NCBI GenBank assembly: GCA_050987995.1
Contig: CP158804.1
Location: 1,030,412-1,094,411, forward strand
Direction: 5' to 3'
From: Ralstonia pickettii
GTDB lineage: Bacteria; Pseudomonadota; Gammaproteobacteria; Burkholderiales; Burkholderiaceae
Length of the DNA: 64,000 nucleotides
Shown here: positions 44,615 through 53,565 of the stretch, piece by piece
Layout: every line of letters begins with the position of its first letter
How positions within the stretch are numbered: the stretch's first letter is position 1
Notes under the pieces: generated by a model
Databases searched by the model: none
What the model was told of the DNA's origin: nothing
What the model saw: the letters and a program-made list of their open reading frames with translations, nothing else
Program-made: the position numbers and the translations under genes

Positions 44615-45391
44615 ATGAGTCCATCCGCCCCCACCACCGTCAGCCTTACATCACGCTGGTTCATCCGACCGGGATGCGAACAGGCCGCCGACGCCGCGCT
44701 GCGCCAGCTCGCCGACGACGTCCTGCAGCACGAACCCGATACGCTGGCATACCTGGTCCATACGCCTTATGGCAGCGACCCCCGTCTGCAATCGCTGCCG
44801 CCCGCCGATCCGCTTTCCGTCCTGTTCTTCGAGACGTATCGCGACGCCGACGCTTTCCTGCGCCACGTCAACGGACCGGTGTTCACCGGCTTCGTGCGGC
44901 AGCATGGCGAACTGTTTGTCGCGGCGAACGGCGCACCTTTCACCTTCGTCGAGTTTCTCGAGACGCGCGCGGGTTTCGTGCGGACCGCGACGGCGGCCGC
45001 CTCCCTCGCCTCGCTGCCAGCCGATGCCGTCAACCAGCACCCGAGCGTGATGTTTGAAATCATTGCGAAGGACCAGGCCGTGCTGAAGACCTTCTACTGC
45101 AGCGTCTTTGGCTGGCAGTACCAGACCGGCTCAGCCGGCTTCGCGTACATCCCGTTCCAGGTGCAGACGTTGCCGCTGCTCGGCGGCATCGGCCAGACAG
45201 AGCCGAACACACCCGGCTACGAGCCGGGCAAGAACTTCTATCTTCGCGTTGACGACCTGGAAGCAGCGATCAACCGTGCATTGCAGAACGGCGGCAGCCG
45301 CTATGTCGATCCGGTCAGCGTCGATGGCTACCACTTCGCGATCATCAAGGATCCGGAAGGCAATCCGGTTGGCCTGATCAAGCCGTTCTAA
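44615..45391 (+). CDS. Fusion protein: antibiotic-biosynthesis-monooxygenase (ABM/Dabb) domain + VOC (glyoxalase/bleomycin-resistance fold) domain
   Basis: From the ATG at 44615 (GAGGAG RBS). The N-terminal ~110 aa form a ferredoxin-like ABM fold. The C-terminal …MFEIIAKDQAVLKTFYCSVFGWQ…HFAIIKDPEGNPVGLI is a VOC domain. Confidence 0.65.
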   Translation: MSPSAPTTVSLTSRWFIRPGCEQAADAALRQLADDVLQHEPDTLAYLVHTPYGSDPRLQSLPPADPLSVLFFETYRDADAFLRHVNGPVFTGFVRQHGELFVAANGAPFTFVEFLETRAGFVRTATAAASLASLPADAVNQHPSVMFEIIAKDQAVLKTFYCSVFGWQYQTGSAGFAYIPFQVQTLPLLGGIGQTEPNTPGYEPGKNFYLRVDDLEAAINRALQNGGSRYVDPVSVDGYHFAIIKDPEGNPVGLIKPF

Positions 45392-45434
45392 CGCGCCGCG
45401 GCAACCACGTCGCACCGCCAACAAGGAGGTACAT

Positions 45435-47351
45435 ATGAGCTACCTGAACCCACTGCGGCTGCATTTCGCGGGCCAGTTCCAGGCCAACGTGTCGACGGTC
45501 AACAACGACCCCGGACACTTCGACAACGCTGCGTTCGAACCAAGCTACCAGAAGCTCCAGGGACCGAACATGAATCCGCCCAATGGCTGGTTCAATCCGA
45601 CCGGCGACGCCTCGTGGCGGCTGCTCGGCTGCAAGGTCACGTCCGCGTGGCTGCCGTCGGGTGCCGCCAGTCCGACCGATCCGGTCCTGCAGTACCTGGT
45701 CGCCGACTCGGACGGCCGTGTCTGCGGCAAGATGGTCGATCTCGACAGTGAACAGCAGCTGGTATCCGAAATCTGGGGCTTGCAGGTGCGGATCACCGAT
45801 TCGAAGGGCAACACGCTGCTGCGCGGCAATTTCGACCCGGCGCCGTTCCTGGACATCTGGGACCGCGCGACCGGCCAGACCTCCGGCGATGTGATCGCGG
45901 GCGCGATGTATCAGTCCGTGCTGACCAGCCTGCAATGGGCCGACGTGTCGAACTCACCGTTCCTGGCCGCGCTGCAGGCCAGCGGCGACCGGCTCTCGAT
46001 CAAGTTCAACGTGGACGGCATCAATCTCGACTACACGTCACCGCAGTTCATGTGCGGACGAATTGCCGGCACGATCGGCCCCTCCGCGCCGGGCGAGCCG
46101 AAGAGTATGGTGATCGGCCGGCAGTTCATGACCGCCGCGGCGCAGGGTGGCAACTTCTTCAAGCCGAAAGGCGGCATCAACTTCTTCGCGGCGCAGGTCG
46201 ACAGCGCGTCCAGTTCGATCTTTCTCGACCTGGGCAACGCGCTGAGCACCGGCACCCCCGGCGGCGCACTGAATGACCTCGGCGACCTGACGCTCAGTGT
46301 CGCCACCTCGGGCGGCACGCTCACACTGGGGACCATCCCGTCCGCGGGGCAGAACGGCTACTCGGGCAACACGCCCTGGTACCAGACCACCGCCGGCGTG
46401 GTGCAGTTGCCGCTGACGGCCCAACAGCTCGCCGCGGTGAAAAGTGCACCGCTGACGTTGAGCGGAAACTCGGGCATCACGATCAGCGAATGGGACAGCG
46501 GCGTGTTCGTGCGCGCGGATACGTTCGTCTACCGCGCAAGTCCCGGCGACAAGCTGCAGGTACCCGTCTACGCGATGCAATGGGGCCAGCCGATGGTCGA
46601 GGCAACGCTGAGTGTGGTGCCCGATTCATCGCAACTTCAGCCGAGCAATATGATCCATCCGCACGATGTGCCCCCGGTCGCGACACCGCTGTCCGCGTTG
46701 AGCTTCGTCGATAATACGCAGCGGCCGCAGAAGGTCACCCCCCTTTCCGACGAATTCAACGGCACGCTGGTGACGGGCCAGAACGGCGTCGCGATGCTGT
46801 CGCTCGTTACCAGCGACCCGGGCACGCCGCGCTATTTCAACCACGGCAAGGAGTATGGCCTCGACGGCCAGGTGTACGGCATTCGCATCGGTTTTGCGGA
46901 TACGGGGACCTATAGCGGGCCGGAGAACCAGTGGAACTTCATCAGCATCCTGCTATGGAGCGACTTCAGCCCCGCGCAGCCGGTCACGTGGACGTCGGTG
47001 CAACCGATCTTCCAGCAATACGCGAACCTGTATCCGGTGATGGCGCGGTTTCTCGACATGGCCGACTACAAGCAGGTGGTGGCCAATGCATCGCTGCTGT
47101 CGCTCGCATTCGGCCTCGATCCGTCGGACCCGAACTCGATGCCGGTAACACGCGACCTGTCGCCCGCCAAGCGTGCCGCGATCCAGTCGTTCCTCGCCAA
47201 TCCCCAATTCGGCACTGGCGCGCCGCCTCCCGTTGCGCGCGCGCAGGCCGCCGCGCCCGCGTCGGATGCGATGCGTCCCGCGGCGCAAGGCGGCAAGGCG
47301 GCGGCAAGCGCACGCCGGCTGGTACTGCGCGGAATCTCGCGCACCCTTTGA
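45435..47351 (+). CDS. Large conserved hypothetical protein (638 aa), co-oriented with the ebo genes
   Basis: MSYLNPLRLHFAGQFQANVSTVNNDPGHFDNAAF… No family assignment could be made by eye. An AGGAGG RBS lies upstream. Confidence 0.6.
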   Translation: MSYLNPLRLHFAGQFQANVSTVNNDPGHFDNAAFEPSYQKLQGPNMNPPNGWFNPTGDASWRLLGCKVTSAWLPSGAASPTDPVLQYLVADSDGRVCGKMVDLDSEQQLVSEIWGLQVRITDSKGNTLLRGNFDPAPFLDIWDRATGQTSGDVIAGAMYQSVLTSLQWADVSNSPFLAALQASGDRLSIKFNVDGINLDYTSPQFMCGRIAGTIGPSAPGEPKSMVIGRQFMTAAAQGGNFFKPKGGINFFAAQVDSASSSIFLDLGNALSTGTPGGALNDLGDLTLSVATSGGTLTLGTIPSAGQNGYSGNTPWYQTTAGVVQLPLTAQQLAAVKSAPLTLSGNSGITISEWDSGVFVRADTFVYRASPGDKLQVPVYAMQWGQPMVEATLSVVPDSSQLQPSNMIHPHDVPPVATPLSALSFVDNTQRPQKVTPLSDEFNGTLVTGQNGVAMLSLVTSDPGTPRYFNHGKEYGLDGQVYGIRIGFADTGTYSGPENQWNFISILLWSDFSPAQPVTWTSVQPIFQQYANLYPVMARFLDMADYKQVVANASLLSLAFGLDPSDPNSMPVTRDLSPAKRAAIQSFLANPQFGTGAPPPVARAQAAAPASDAMRPAAQGGKAAASARRLVLRGISRTL

Positions 47352-47375
47352 TCACCCTCTTCGGAGATATCCAAC

Positions 47376-48428
47376 ATGATTCGCCTACAACGCTCCACGC
47401 TGAAAGGGCTGAGGTCCGATCAGCCGTCGCTGCCGGCCATGTACGCGGTGCTGAACCAGGCCATCGAACTCGAGCACGCGACCATTCCGCTCTACCTTTA
47501 CGCGATGTACTCGCTCGATCCGACCAGGAACAAGGCCATTTCGGACATCCTGTTTTCCGTGGTGATGGAAGAGATGCTGCATATGACGCTGGCGTCGAAC
47601 GTGCTGAACGCGCTTGGCGGAACGCCCGCCATCGGTGGGCAGTACTTCGTCCCGACCTACCCGGGTCCGCTGCCGGGCGGCGTCGAGCATGGCCTGACCT
47701 GCAATCTCGCGCCATTCTCGCCGGCCCAGCTCGACACCTTCCTCGATATCGAGCAGCCGGAAGATCCGCTCAACTTTCCGACCGCCCAGGCGTTCGCGCT
47801 GGACACCTCGATCACGATCGGCGAATTCTACGATGCCATCTCGACGGCAATCGGCGTGCTCGGCGATGGTGCGTTCGTCAACCCGCCGCGCAACCAGGTC
47901 GGCCCCAACCTGATGCAGGAAGCCGTGATCGTGCACAACGTGGCGACCGCGCAGCAGGCGATCCGCACGATCGTCGAGCAGGGCGAGGGGACGTCGACTT
48001 CCCCTGAGGAGGTGGTCGGAGATGGCTTCGCACACTACTACCGCTTCATGCAGATCAAGAACGGCAGGACGCTGGTGAAGAACCCGTCCGGCAATCCGGC
48101 GTATTCATATTCGGGCGAACCGATTAGCTTCGATCCAAGCGGCGTGTATGCGGTGCCGACCAATCCGAAGCTCGCGAACTATCCTCCCGGCTCGGCTCAG
48201 CGGCTTGCGTCCAACAACTTCAACTACACCTATACAAGCTTGCTTTCCGCCCTGAACACGCTGTTCAACGGCACCGCCACCTCCGCTCAGCTGAACATCG
48301 CGATCGGACTGATGATGTCGCTGAAGGGGCAGGCGAAGGCGATGATGTCGGGCATTCCGAACCCGGCCGTCCTGACCGGACCGAGCTTCGAGTACCAGCC
48401 GGTCGATCCGGGCAGCGCCGCTGCCTGA
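47376..48428 (+). CDS. Ferritin-like domain protein
   Basis: …AIELEHATIPLYLYAMYSL…EEMLHMTLASNVLNALGG… has the di-iron-carboxylate-like helix pattern of the ferritin-like superfamily. It lies 25 nt after the 638-aa gene. Confidence 0.65.
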   Translation: MIRLQRSTLKGLRSDQPSLPAMYAVLNQAIELEHATIPLYLYAMYSLDPTRNKAISDILFSVVMEEMLHMTLASNVLNALGGTPAIGGQYFVPTYPGPLPGGVEHGLTCNLAPFSPAQLDTFLDIEQPEDPLNFPTAQAFALDTSITIGEFYDAISTAIGVLGDGAFVNPPRNQVGPNLMQEAVIVHNVATAQQAIRTIVEQGEGTSTSPEEVVGDGFAHYYRFMQIKNGRTLVKNPSGNPAYSYSGEPISFDPSGVYAVPTNPKLANYPPGSAQRLASNNFNYTYTSLLSALNTLFNGTATSAQLNIAIGLMMSLKGQAKAMMSGIPNPAVLTGPSFEYQPVDPGSAAA

Positions 48429-49048
48429 GCGCGCGCGCGTCCCGCGGGGGCCCCGAGGATTGAAGCGTGCCGGCAAGGCGCGCTACAATCCGTACGCCTC
48501 TGTTCGCAGCTGATCCCGCTTGCCATACTGGCAAACACCCGATCCCGCCGCACCCACCAGTGCAACAACGCCGCCGCCACGTGCAGCAGCGCCACCGCCA
48601 GGAAGGAATAGGCCAGGAATGTGTGCGCGCTGCGCAGGTACGCAAACGCCACCACATCGGGATTCATCAGCGGCGGAAGCGCCCAGGCGCCGAGCATCGT
48701 TACCGGATACCCGCCCGCCGACAGCATCGCCCAGCCGACCAATGGCTGCAGGCCCATCAAGACGTACAGCGCCAGGTGGCTGGCGTGCGCGGCGCCGCGC
48801 TGCCAGCCCGGCAGGTCAGCCGGCGGCGGCGGCGCGCCCCGCACCAGGCGCGTGACCAGCCGCACCGCCCACAACGCCAGCAGCAACGCGCCCAGCGGCC
48901 GGTGGATCGCGACCAGCGTCAGGTGCAGGTCCGACACGGTGGCCACCATGCCGATGCCGATAAACAGCATGACGAAGATGCCGGCGGCCATGGTCCAGTG
49001 CAGCCATCGCTCCAGGCCGCTGTACCGGTTGGGGGATGTGCTTGTCAT
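48287..49048 (-). CDS. Cytochrome b561 family protein
   Basis: …RYSGLERWLHWTMAAGIFVMLFIGIGM… has the His-containing 4-TM b561 core. The ORF is about 70 aa longer than typical. It overlaps the ferritin-like gene by about 140 nt on the opposite strand. Confidence 0.7.
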   Translation of the reverse strand: MTSTSPNRYSGLERWLHWTMAAGIFVMLFIGIGMVATVSDLHLTLVAIHRPLGALLLALWAVRLVTRLVRGAPPPPADLPGWQRGAAHASHLALYVLMGLQPLVGWAMLSAGGYPVTMLGAWALPPLMNPDVVAFAYLRSAHTFLAYSFLAVALLHVAAALLHWWVRRDRVFASMASGISCEQRRTDCSAPCRHASILGAPAGRARAQAAALPGSTGWYSKLGPVRTAGFGMPDIIAFACPFSDIISPIAMFS

Positions 49049-50118
49049 TGTCCGGCTCCCGCGTGAATTTCGTGCTGCGCGTTCTCACTGCTGCGGCGGC
49101 GATATGACTCGGCATAGGCCGATGAGCGCGCCGCCAGCAGCGGATCGTCGGACGGACTGAGGCCGCGCGGCAGGATGGTGGGGTCGTAGTTGATATCGCG
49201 GCAGTTGCCGTCCTGCTGCGCGCTTTGCCGCTCCAGCACCAGCGTGCCGGCATCGATCTGCTGCCGCCCGGCGGGCCAGGCTTGCGTGGCATCGGCGGTG
49301 GGATCGCCGGGCTGCGCCACGGTGACCACCAGGTGCCAGCGCAGCGGGCCTTGTGCAAGCCGGCTGGCGAGGTCGCGCGCGAGGAAATCGGGTTGCGCGC
49401 CGGCCGCTGGTGCGGGACCGCCCTGCGCATCAGGCTCGAGCCGCCAGCGGATCGCGCGCTGCACGCCCGCGCCATCGGTGGCCACGAAGGCGTTGATGCC
49501 GTAGTACGCCGTGGTGGCGAAGCTGCCAGTCAGCGGATGGTTCTTGACCCATTGCCGGAACGGCTGCGTCTCCGGGTACTTGCTGAAGAATGCCGCCAGC
49601 CGCTGCGGATCGGGCTTGCCGGTGGCGAGATCGGGCCGCGCTGCCACCAGTTGCTCATAGAACTGCTGCGGCGTGCGCACCCCGAACACCGGCGTGGAGT
49701 TCATGGCGGTGCGCCATTGCTCGCCGTTTGCCAGCCGGAATTCCAGCGCCAGGCTGCGCACCGGGGCGGCGGCATCGGGCGCGGCCGGGTTGCCGCCGGG
49801 GATGGCCAGGCGGCCGGTCACCGGCGTGCGCACCGGCCCGAACACCGCCGCGCGCGAAACCGCCAGCGCCTTGCCATTGCCTTCGAAGTAGCCTTCGACG
49901 CAGACGCCCTTGGCATGGTTGCGGCGATATCCGGCGTGGATGCCGGCGTTGGCCTCGAAGGCATCGATGATCCTCGGCGCCGACAGACGCGCCGGCGTCA
50001 GCCAGCCGGCTGTCCAGGCAAAGCCGGCTCCGATCGTCCCGATCACCGCGGCAATGGCGGCCAGCCTGCATGGCAGGCAGGCGGGCCGGCCGGGCGGCGC
50101 TGCTTGGTGTCGTGTCAT
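49045..50118 (-). CDS. Catalase-related peroxidase (catalase-like haem protein, SrpA-type)
   Basis: …RRNHAKGVCVEGYFEGNG… is the catalase-core haem pocket, in a 357-aa protein with an N-terminal signal/TM segment. ATGA overlap with the b561 gene. Confidence 0.7.
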   Translation of the reverse strand: MTRHQAAPPGRPACLPCRLAAIAAVIGTIGAGFAWTAGWLTPARLSAPRIIDAFEANAGIHAGYRRNHAKGVCVEGYFEGNGKALAVSRAAVFGPVRTPVTGRLAIPGGNPAAPDAAAPVRSLALEFRLANGEQWRTAMNSTPVFGVRTPQQFYEQLVAARPDLATGKPDPQRLAAFFSKYPETQPFRQWVKNHPLTGSFATTAYYGINAFVATDGAGVQRAIRWRLEPDAQGGPAPAAGAQPDFLARDLASRLAQGPLRWHLVVTVAQPGDPTADATQAWPAGRQQIDAGTLVLERQSAQQDGNCRDINYDPTILPRGLSPSDDPLLAARSSAYAESYRRRSSENAQHEIHAGAGQ

Positions 50119-50227
50119 GGGCTCCTTCCGTCACTGGTTTGCGCGCGCTCTGGTCCGGGCGCGCTGAGCCCAATGTAGCCCGCAAGCGGGGCCGCAAACG
50201 ATGACGGCTTGATTACCGATCCGTAAT

Positions 50228-51631
50228 TCAGGCCGCGCCGCCACGCAATGGAAAGCTGAGCCGGAAGCGCGTCAGCGCCGCCGGTCGCGACTCCACCCCG
50301 ACCTTGCCCTGGTGCAGGTCCATGATGGTCTTGACAATCGCCAGCCCGATGCCCGAAGACGCGCCCGAATTTGCCCGCGCCGGATCGCAGCGGAAGAAAC
50401 GGTCGAACAGCTTGGGCAGATGCTCGGCGGCGATGCCGGGGCCCGGATTGCTGACGTCGATATGGACAAAGCCGTCCACTTGCTGCGCCGTCAGCACGAT
50501 CTCCTGCCCTGCCGGCGTATAGCGCACCGCGTTCGAGACCAGGTTGTTGAGCGCGCGTCGCAGCAGGCCGGTGTCGGCAAACACCTTGCCAGCGCCCTGC
50601 ACGCGGATCGATACCTGCTTGGCATCGGCCAGCAGCCCGAAGTAATCGGCCACCCGGCCCAGCTCCGACGCCAGGTCCAGCTCCACCACATGCATCGCCA
50701 CCCGCGCATTGTCTGCGCGGGCCAGGAACAGCATGTTCTCGATCATCCGGGACAGGCGCTCGTACTCCTCCACGTTCGATGCCAGCAGCGCCTGGTACTC
50801 GTCGGTGCTGCGCTCGGCGGACAGCGCCACCTGGGTCTGCCCCAGCAGGTTGCCCAGCGGCGTGCGGAAATCGTGTGCCAGGTCGGCGGAGAACTGCGAC
50901 AGCCGGTAATAGCTCTCATGCAGCCGCTCGATCATCTGCTGCAGCGCGTGCGCCAGCTCCTTGAGCTCGACCGGCAGCCGCGCCGGATCGATCGGCAGCG
51001 CCACGCTGGAGAACGTGACCGTGCGCGTGCCGGTGGCGATGCGGCGTAGCGGCGCCATGCCCGCGCGCACCGCCGCATAGCCGAGCAGTCCGACCGACAG
51101 CGAACCCAGCAGCGTCGCCCAAACCAGTTTCCAGCGGTACTCGCGCATCAGCGCGAAGCGCGAGCGCGCGACCTGCGACACCGTGACCTTCACCGGCGGG
51201 CCGCTGCCATGCGGGCGCGCCAGCAGCGCCACGCCGCGGATCTGGAAGCCCTCGGGGGTGCGCCACGCACGGATGGTGTCCGTTGCCAGCGCGGCGCCTT
51301 CATCCAGCGGCGCAACGTCCGGCACGGCCACGCCGTGGAAGTTGGCCTCGCTGATCAGGCTGCCGTCGACGGACTGCACCCGCAACGCATACTCATCATT
51401 GCCCGATACCACCCGCGCGATCTCGCGCCAGCGATGGGCGTCGCTGTCGAAGGGCTCGGCCAGCTCGTCGCGCACGCGCGTGGCCTTGCGCAGCAGTTCG
51501 GCGTCGTCGCGCGCCACCACCTGCATGGTCAGCGCCTTGTACAGATAGGTGCCGACGCCGGCAAACGCGATGCCCGCCACCAGCGCGAAGGCCAGTGCGA
51601 GCTGGACGGTCAGTGAGAGACGCGATCTCAC
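50228..51631 (-). CDS. Heavy-metal-type sensor histidine kinase (CusS/CzcS/CopS family)
   Basis: The GTG start overlaps the regulator stop (GTGA). Two TM segments, a periplasmic sensor region, HAMP, then HisKA (…[10 protein letters not shown]…) and HATPase_c domains. Confidence 0.8.
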   Translation of the reverse strand: MRSRLSLTVQLALAFALVAGIAFAGVGTYLYKALTMQVVARDDAELLRKATRVRDELAEPFDSDAHRWREIARVVSGNDEYALRVQSVDGSLISEANFHGVAVPDVAPLDEGAALATDTIRAWRTPEGFQIRGVALLARPHGSGPPVKVTVSQVARSRFALMREYRWKLVWATLLGSLSVGLLGYAAVRAGMAPLRRIATGTRTVTFSSVALPIDPARLPVELKELAHALQQMIERLHESYYRLSQFSADLAHDFRTPLGNLLGQTQVALSAERSTDEYQALLASNVEEYERLSRMIENMLFLARADNARVAMHVVELDLASELGRVADYFGLLADAKQVSIRVQGAGKVFADTGLLRRALNNLVSNAVRYTPAGQEIVLTAQQVDGFVHIDVSNPGPGIAAEHLPKLFDRFFRCDPARANSGASSGIGLAIVKTIMDLHQGKVGVESRPAALTRFRLSFPLRGGAA

Positions 51632-52302
51632 TTGCGCCGGCTCTCGAGCACGTAGCCGATACCGCGCACGCTGTGGATGAGCTTGTTGCCGAAATGGTCG
51701 TCCATCTTGGCGCGCAACCGGCGCACCGCCACGTCCACGACATTGGTGTCGCTGTCGAAGTTCATGTCCCACACGTGCGAGGCGATCTGCGTGCGGCTGA
51801 GCACTTCACCGTTGCGGCGCGCGAGGAAATGCAGCAGCGCAAACTCGCGCGGCGTCAGGTCGATGCGCTGCCCCGAGCGCGCCACGCGATGGCGGATCAG
51901 GTCGATCTCCAGATCGTCTACCTCGATGCGATCGGCCTCGCGCAACGGACCGCGCCGTAGCAGCGTGCGCACACGCGCCAGCAGTTCGACAAAGGCGAAC
52001 GGCTTGGCCAGGTAGTCATCGCCACCCAGCTCCAGCCCGCGCACGCGGTCCTCGACTTCATCGCGCGCGGTCAGGAACAGTACCGGGGTCTGCTTGCGCT
52101 CGCGCAGCTCGCGCAAGACTTGCCAACCGTCCATGCCGGGCAGCATCACGTCGAGGATGACCAGGTCGTACTGGTGCTCGGTGGCACAGTGCAGGCCGTC
52201 CGCACCGGTCACGGCAACGTCCACCACGAAGGCCGACTCCGTCAGCCCCTTGCGCAGGTATTCGGCAGTCTTGGGCTCGTCTTCGATTACCAGGATCTTC
52301 AT
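51628..52302 (-). CDS. OmpR-family heavy-metal response regulator (CusR/CzcR/CopR-like)
   Basis: 224 aa. [36 protein letters not shown]…[27 protein letters not shown] matches CusR closely. Confidence 0.85.
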   Translation of the reverse strand: MKILVIEDEPKTAEYLRKGLTESAFVVDVAVTGADGLHCATEHQYDLVILDVMLPGMDGWQVLRELRERKQTPVLFLTARDEVEDRVRGLELGGDDYLAKPFAFVELLARVRTLLRRGPLREADRIEVDDLEIDLIRHRVARSGQRIDLTPREFALLHFLARRNGEVLSRTQIASHVWDMNFDSDTNVVDVAVRRLRAKMDDHFGNKLIHSVRGIGYVLESRRK

Positions 52303-52475
52303 TGTCTTTCGTGTTCGGTTCTGCGCGGCCGGCACCGGGCACGGCCCCGAAAAGCATAACGCGGGGCCCCGGGGCCAAGGATGACAAAACGGTAATCGAA
52401 TCGTCAGCGTCCTGATGCGGGCCCGCTGCAAGGGACGGTGACGCCGCACGCAAGGGCTACGACGTGCCCAGCCCT

Positions 52476-52871
52476 TCACGCCGCATCTGGCTGCGTCGCG
52501 CGCCGCAGGTCTTCCCACTTCAAGACCGCATCGAGCGCCGGGCAAAGCGCCTGCCCCAACGGCGTCAGGCTGTACTCCACGCGCGGCGGCACCTCGGGGA
52601 ACACGGTGCGGCAGACCACGCAGTCCTTCTCCAGCTCGCGCAGCTGCTGCGTCAGCATCTTCTGCGACACCGCCGGGATCGCGCGCTCCAGTTCCGAGAA
52701 GCGCAGCACCGGCGTGGCGAACAGGTGGCAGAGGATCAGCATCTTCCAACGGCCCTCCAGCACCGCGAGCGCGCTCTCGATATCGCGCGCGGCGGAATAC
52801 GGCGTGTGCTGCGAATACTTACCTTCAGGTGCGCTTCCCACTTTCTCGTGCGTACTTGTCATCTCTTGCAT
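52476..52871 (-). CDS. HxlR-family (MarR-like winged-helix) transcriptional regulator
   Basis: …[55 protein letters not shown]… The start is uncertain; the ATG at 52871 or 52862. Confidence 0.75.
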   Translation of the reverse strand: MQEMTSTHEKVGSAPEGKYSQHTPYSAARDIESALAVLEGRWKMLILCHLFATPVLRFSELERAIPAVSQKMLTQQLRELEKDCVVCRTVFPEVPPRVEYSLTPLGQALCPALDAVLKWEDLRRATQPDAA

Positions 52872-53022
52872 CAATGAGGGATCCTTGTCGCGAACGGTTC
52901 GCCATGGCCGGACCGGGATACGTCGCGTTGCTGCCGTCATGGCAGGCGCATATTGTCCCCCTTTCCTGCAAGCCCATGCCATTCCACTTTCGCACCATCC
53001 ACGCCACCAGGAGCAGACTTCG

Positions 53023-53364
53023 ATGACCAATACCGCTTCCGGCATTGCCGCAGCCTATCTCGACGCCGTCAGCCGGCAGGACCTCGAACAGCAGCTTGCT
53101 TGCTTCCATGCGGACGCAACTGTCCGGGACGTGGGCGAGAGCAAGGTGCTGCAGGGCCATGACGCGATCCGCGCATGGTCTGCCGGCAATGCCAGCCAGT
53201 ACGCGTTGCGCGTGGAAGTGCGCGACAGCCGTTGTCCGGCAGAGGGGCAGGTAGTCGTGCGCACCCTCGTGCACGGCGCCTTCCCCGGCAGCCCGCTACC
53301 TTTCACCTATGACTTCATGGTGCGGGATGGCCGCATTGCGCAGCTCGTGATTGAGCAGCCGTGA
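53023..53364 (+). CDS. NTF2-like (SnoaL-type) small protein, divergent partner of the HxlR regulator
   Basis: 113 aa: MTNTASGIAAAYLDAVSRQDLEQQLACFHADATVRDVG…. Confidence 0.65.
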   Translation: MTNTASGIAAAYLDAVSRQDLEQQLACFHADATVRDVGESKVLQGHDAIRAWSAGNASQYALRVEVRDSRCPAEGQVVVRTLVHGAFPGSPLPFTYDFMVRDGRIAQLVIEQP

Positions 53365-53565
53365 GGTGACATGGTGTTCGAGGTCGGCCCGCACCTGCGC
53401 GGAATTTGCCCATGAGTGGGGATGTTCCTGACCGAGGTGATGCATCGGCATCAGCTAAAACTGCTTCGCGAACTGCGCGAGCCGTATCGCAAACCGGCAC
53501 CGACACAGCCGAGTCACAGAGAGCGGCCCGGCATACCTGCCCGGGCCGCTCCCCCATTCCCTTCC

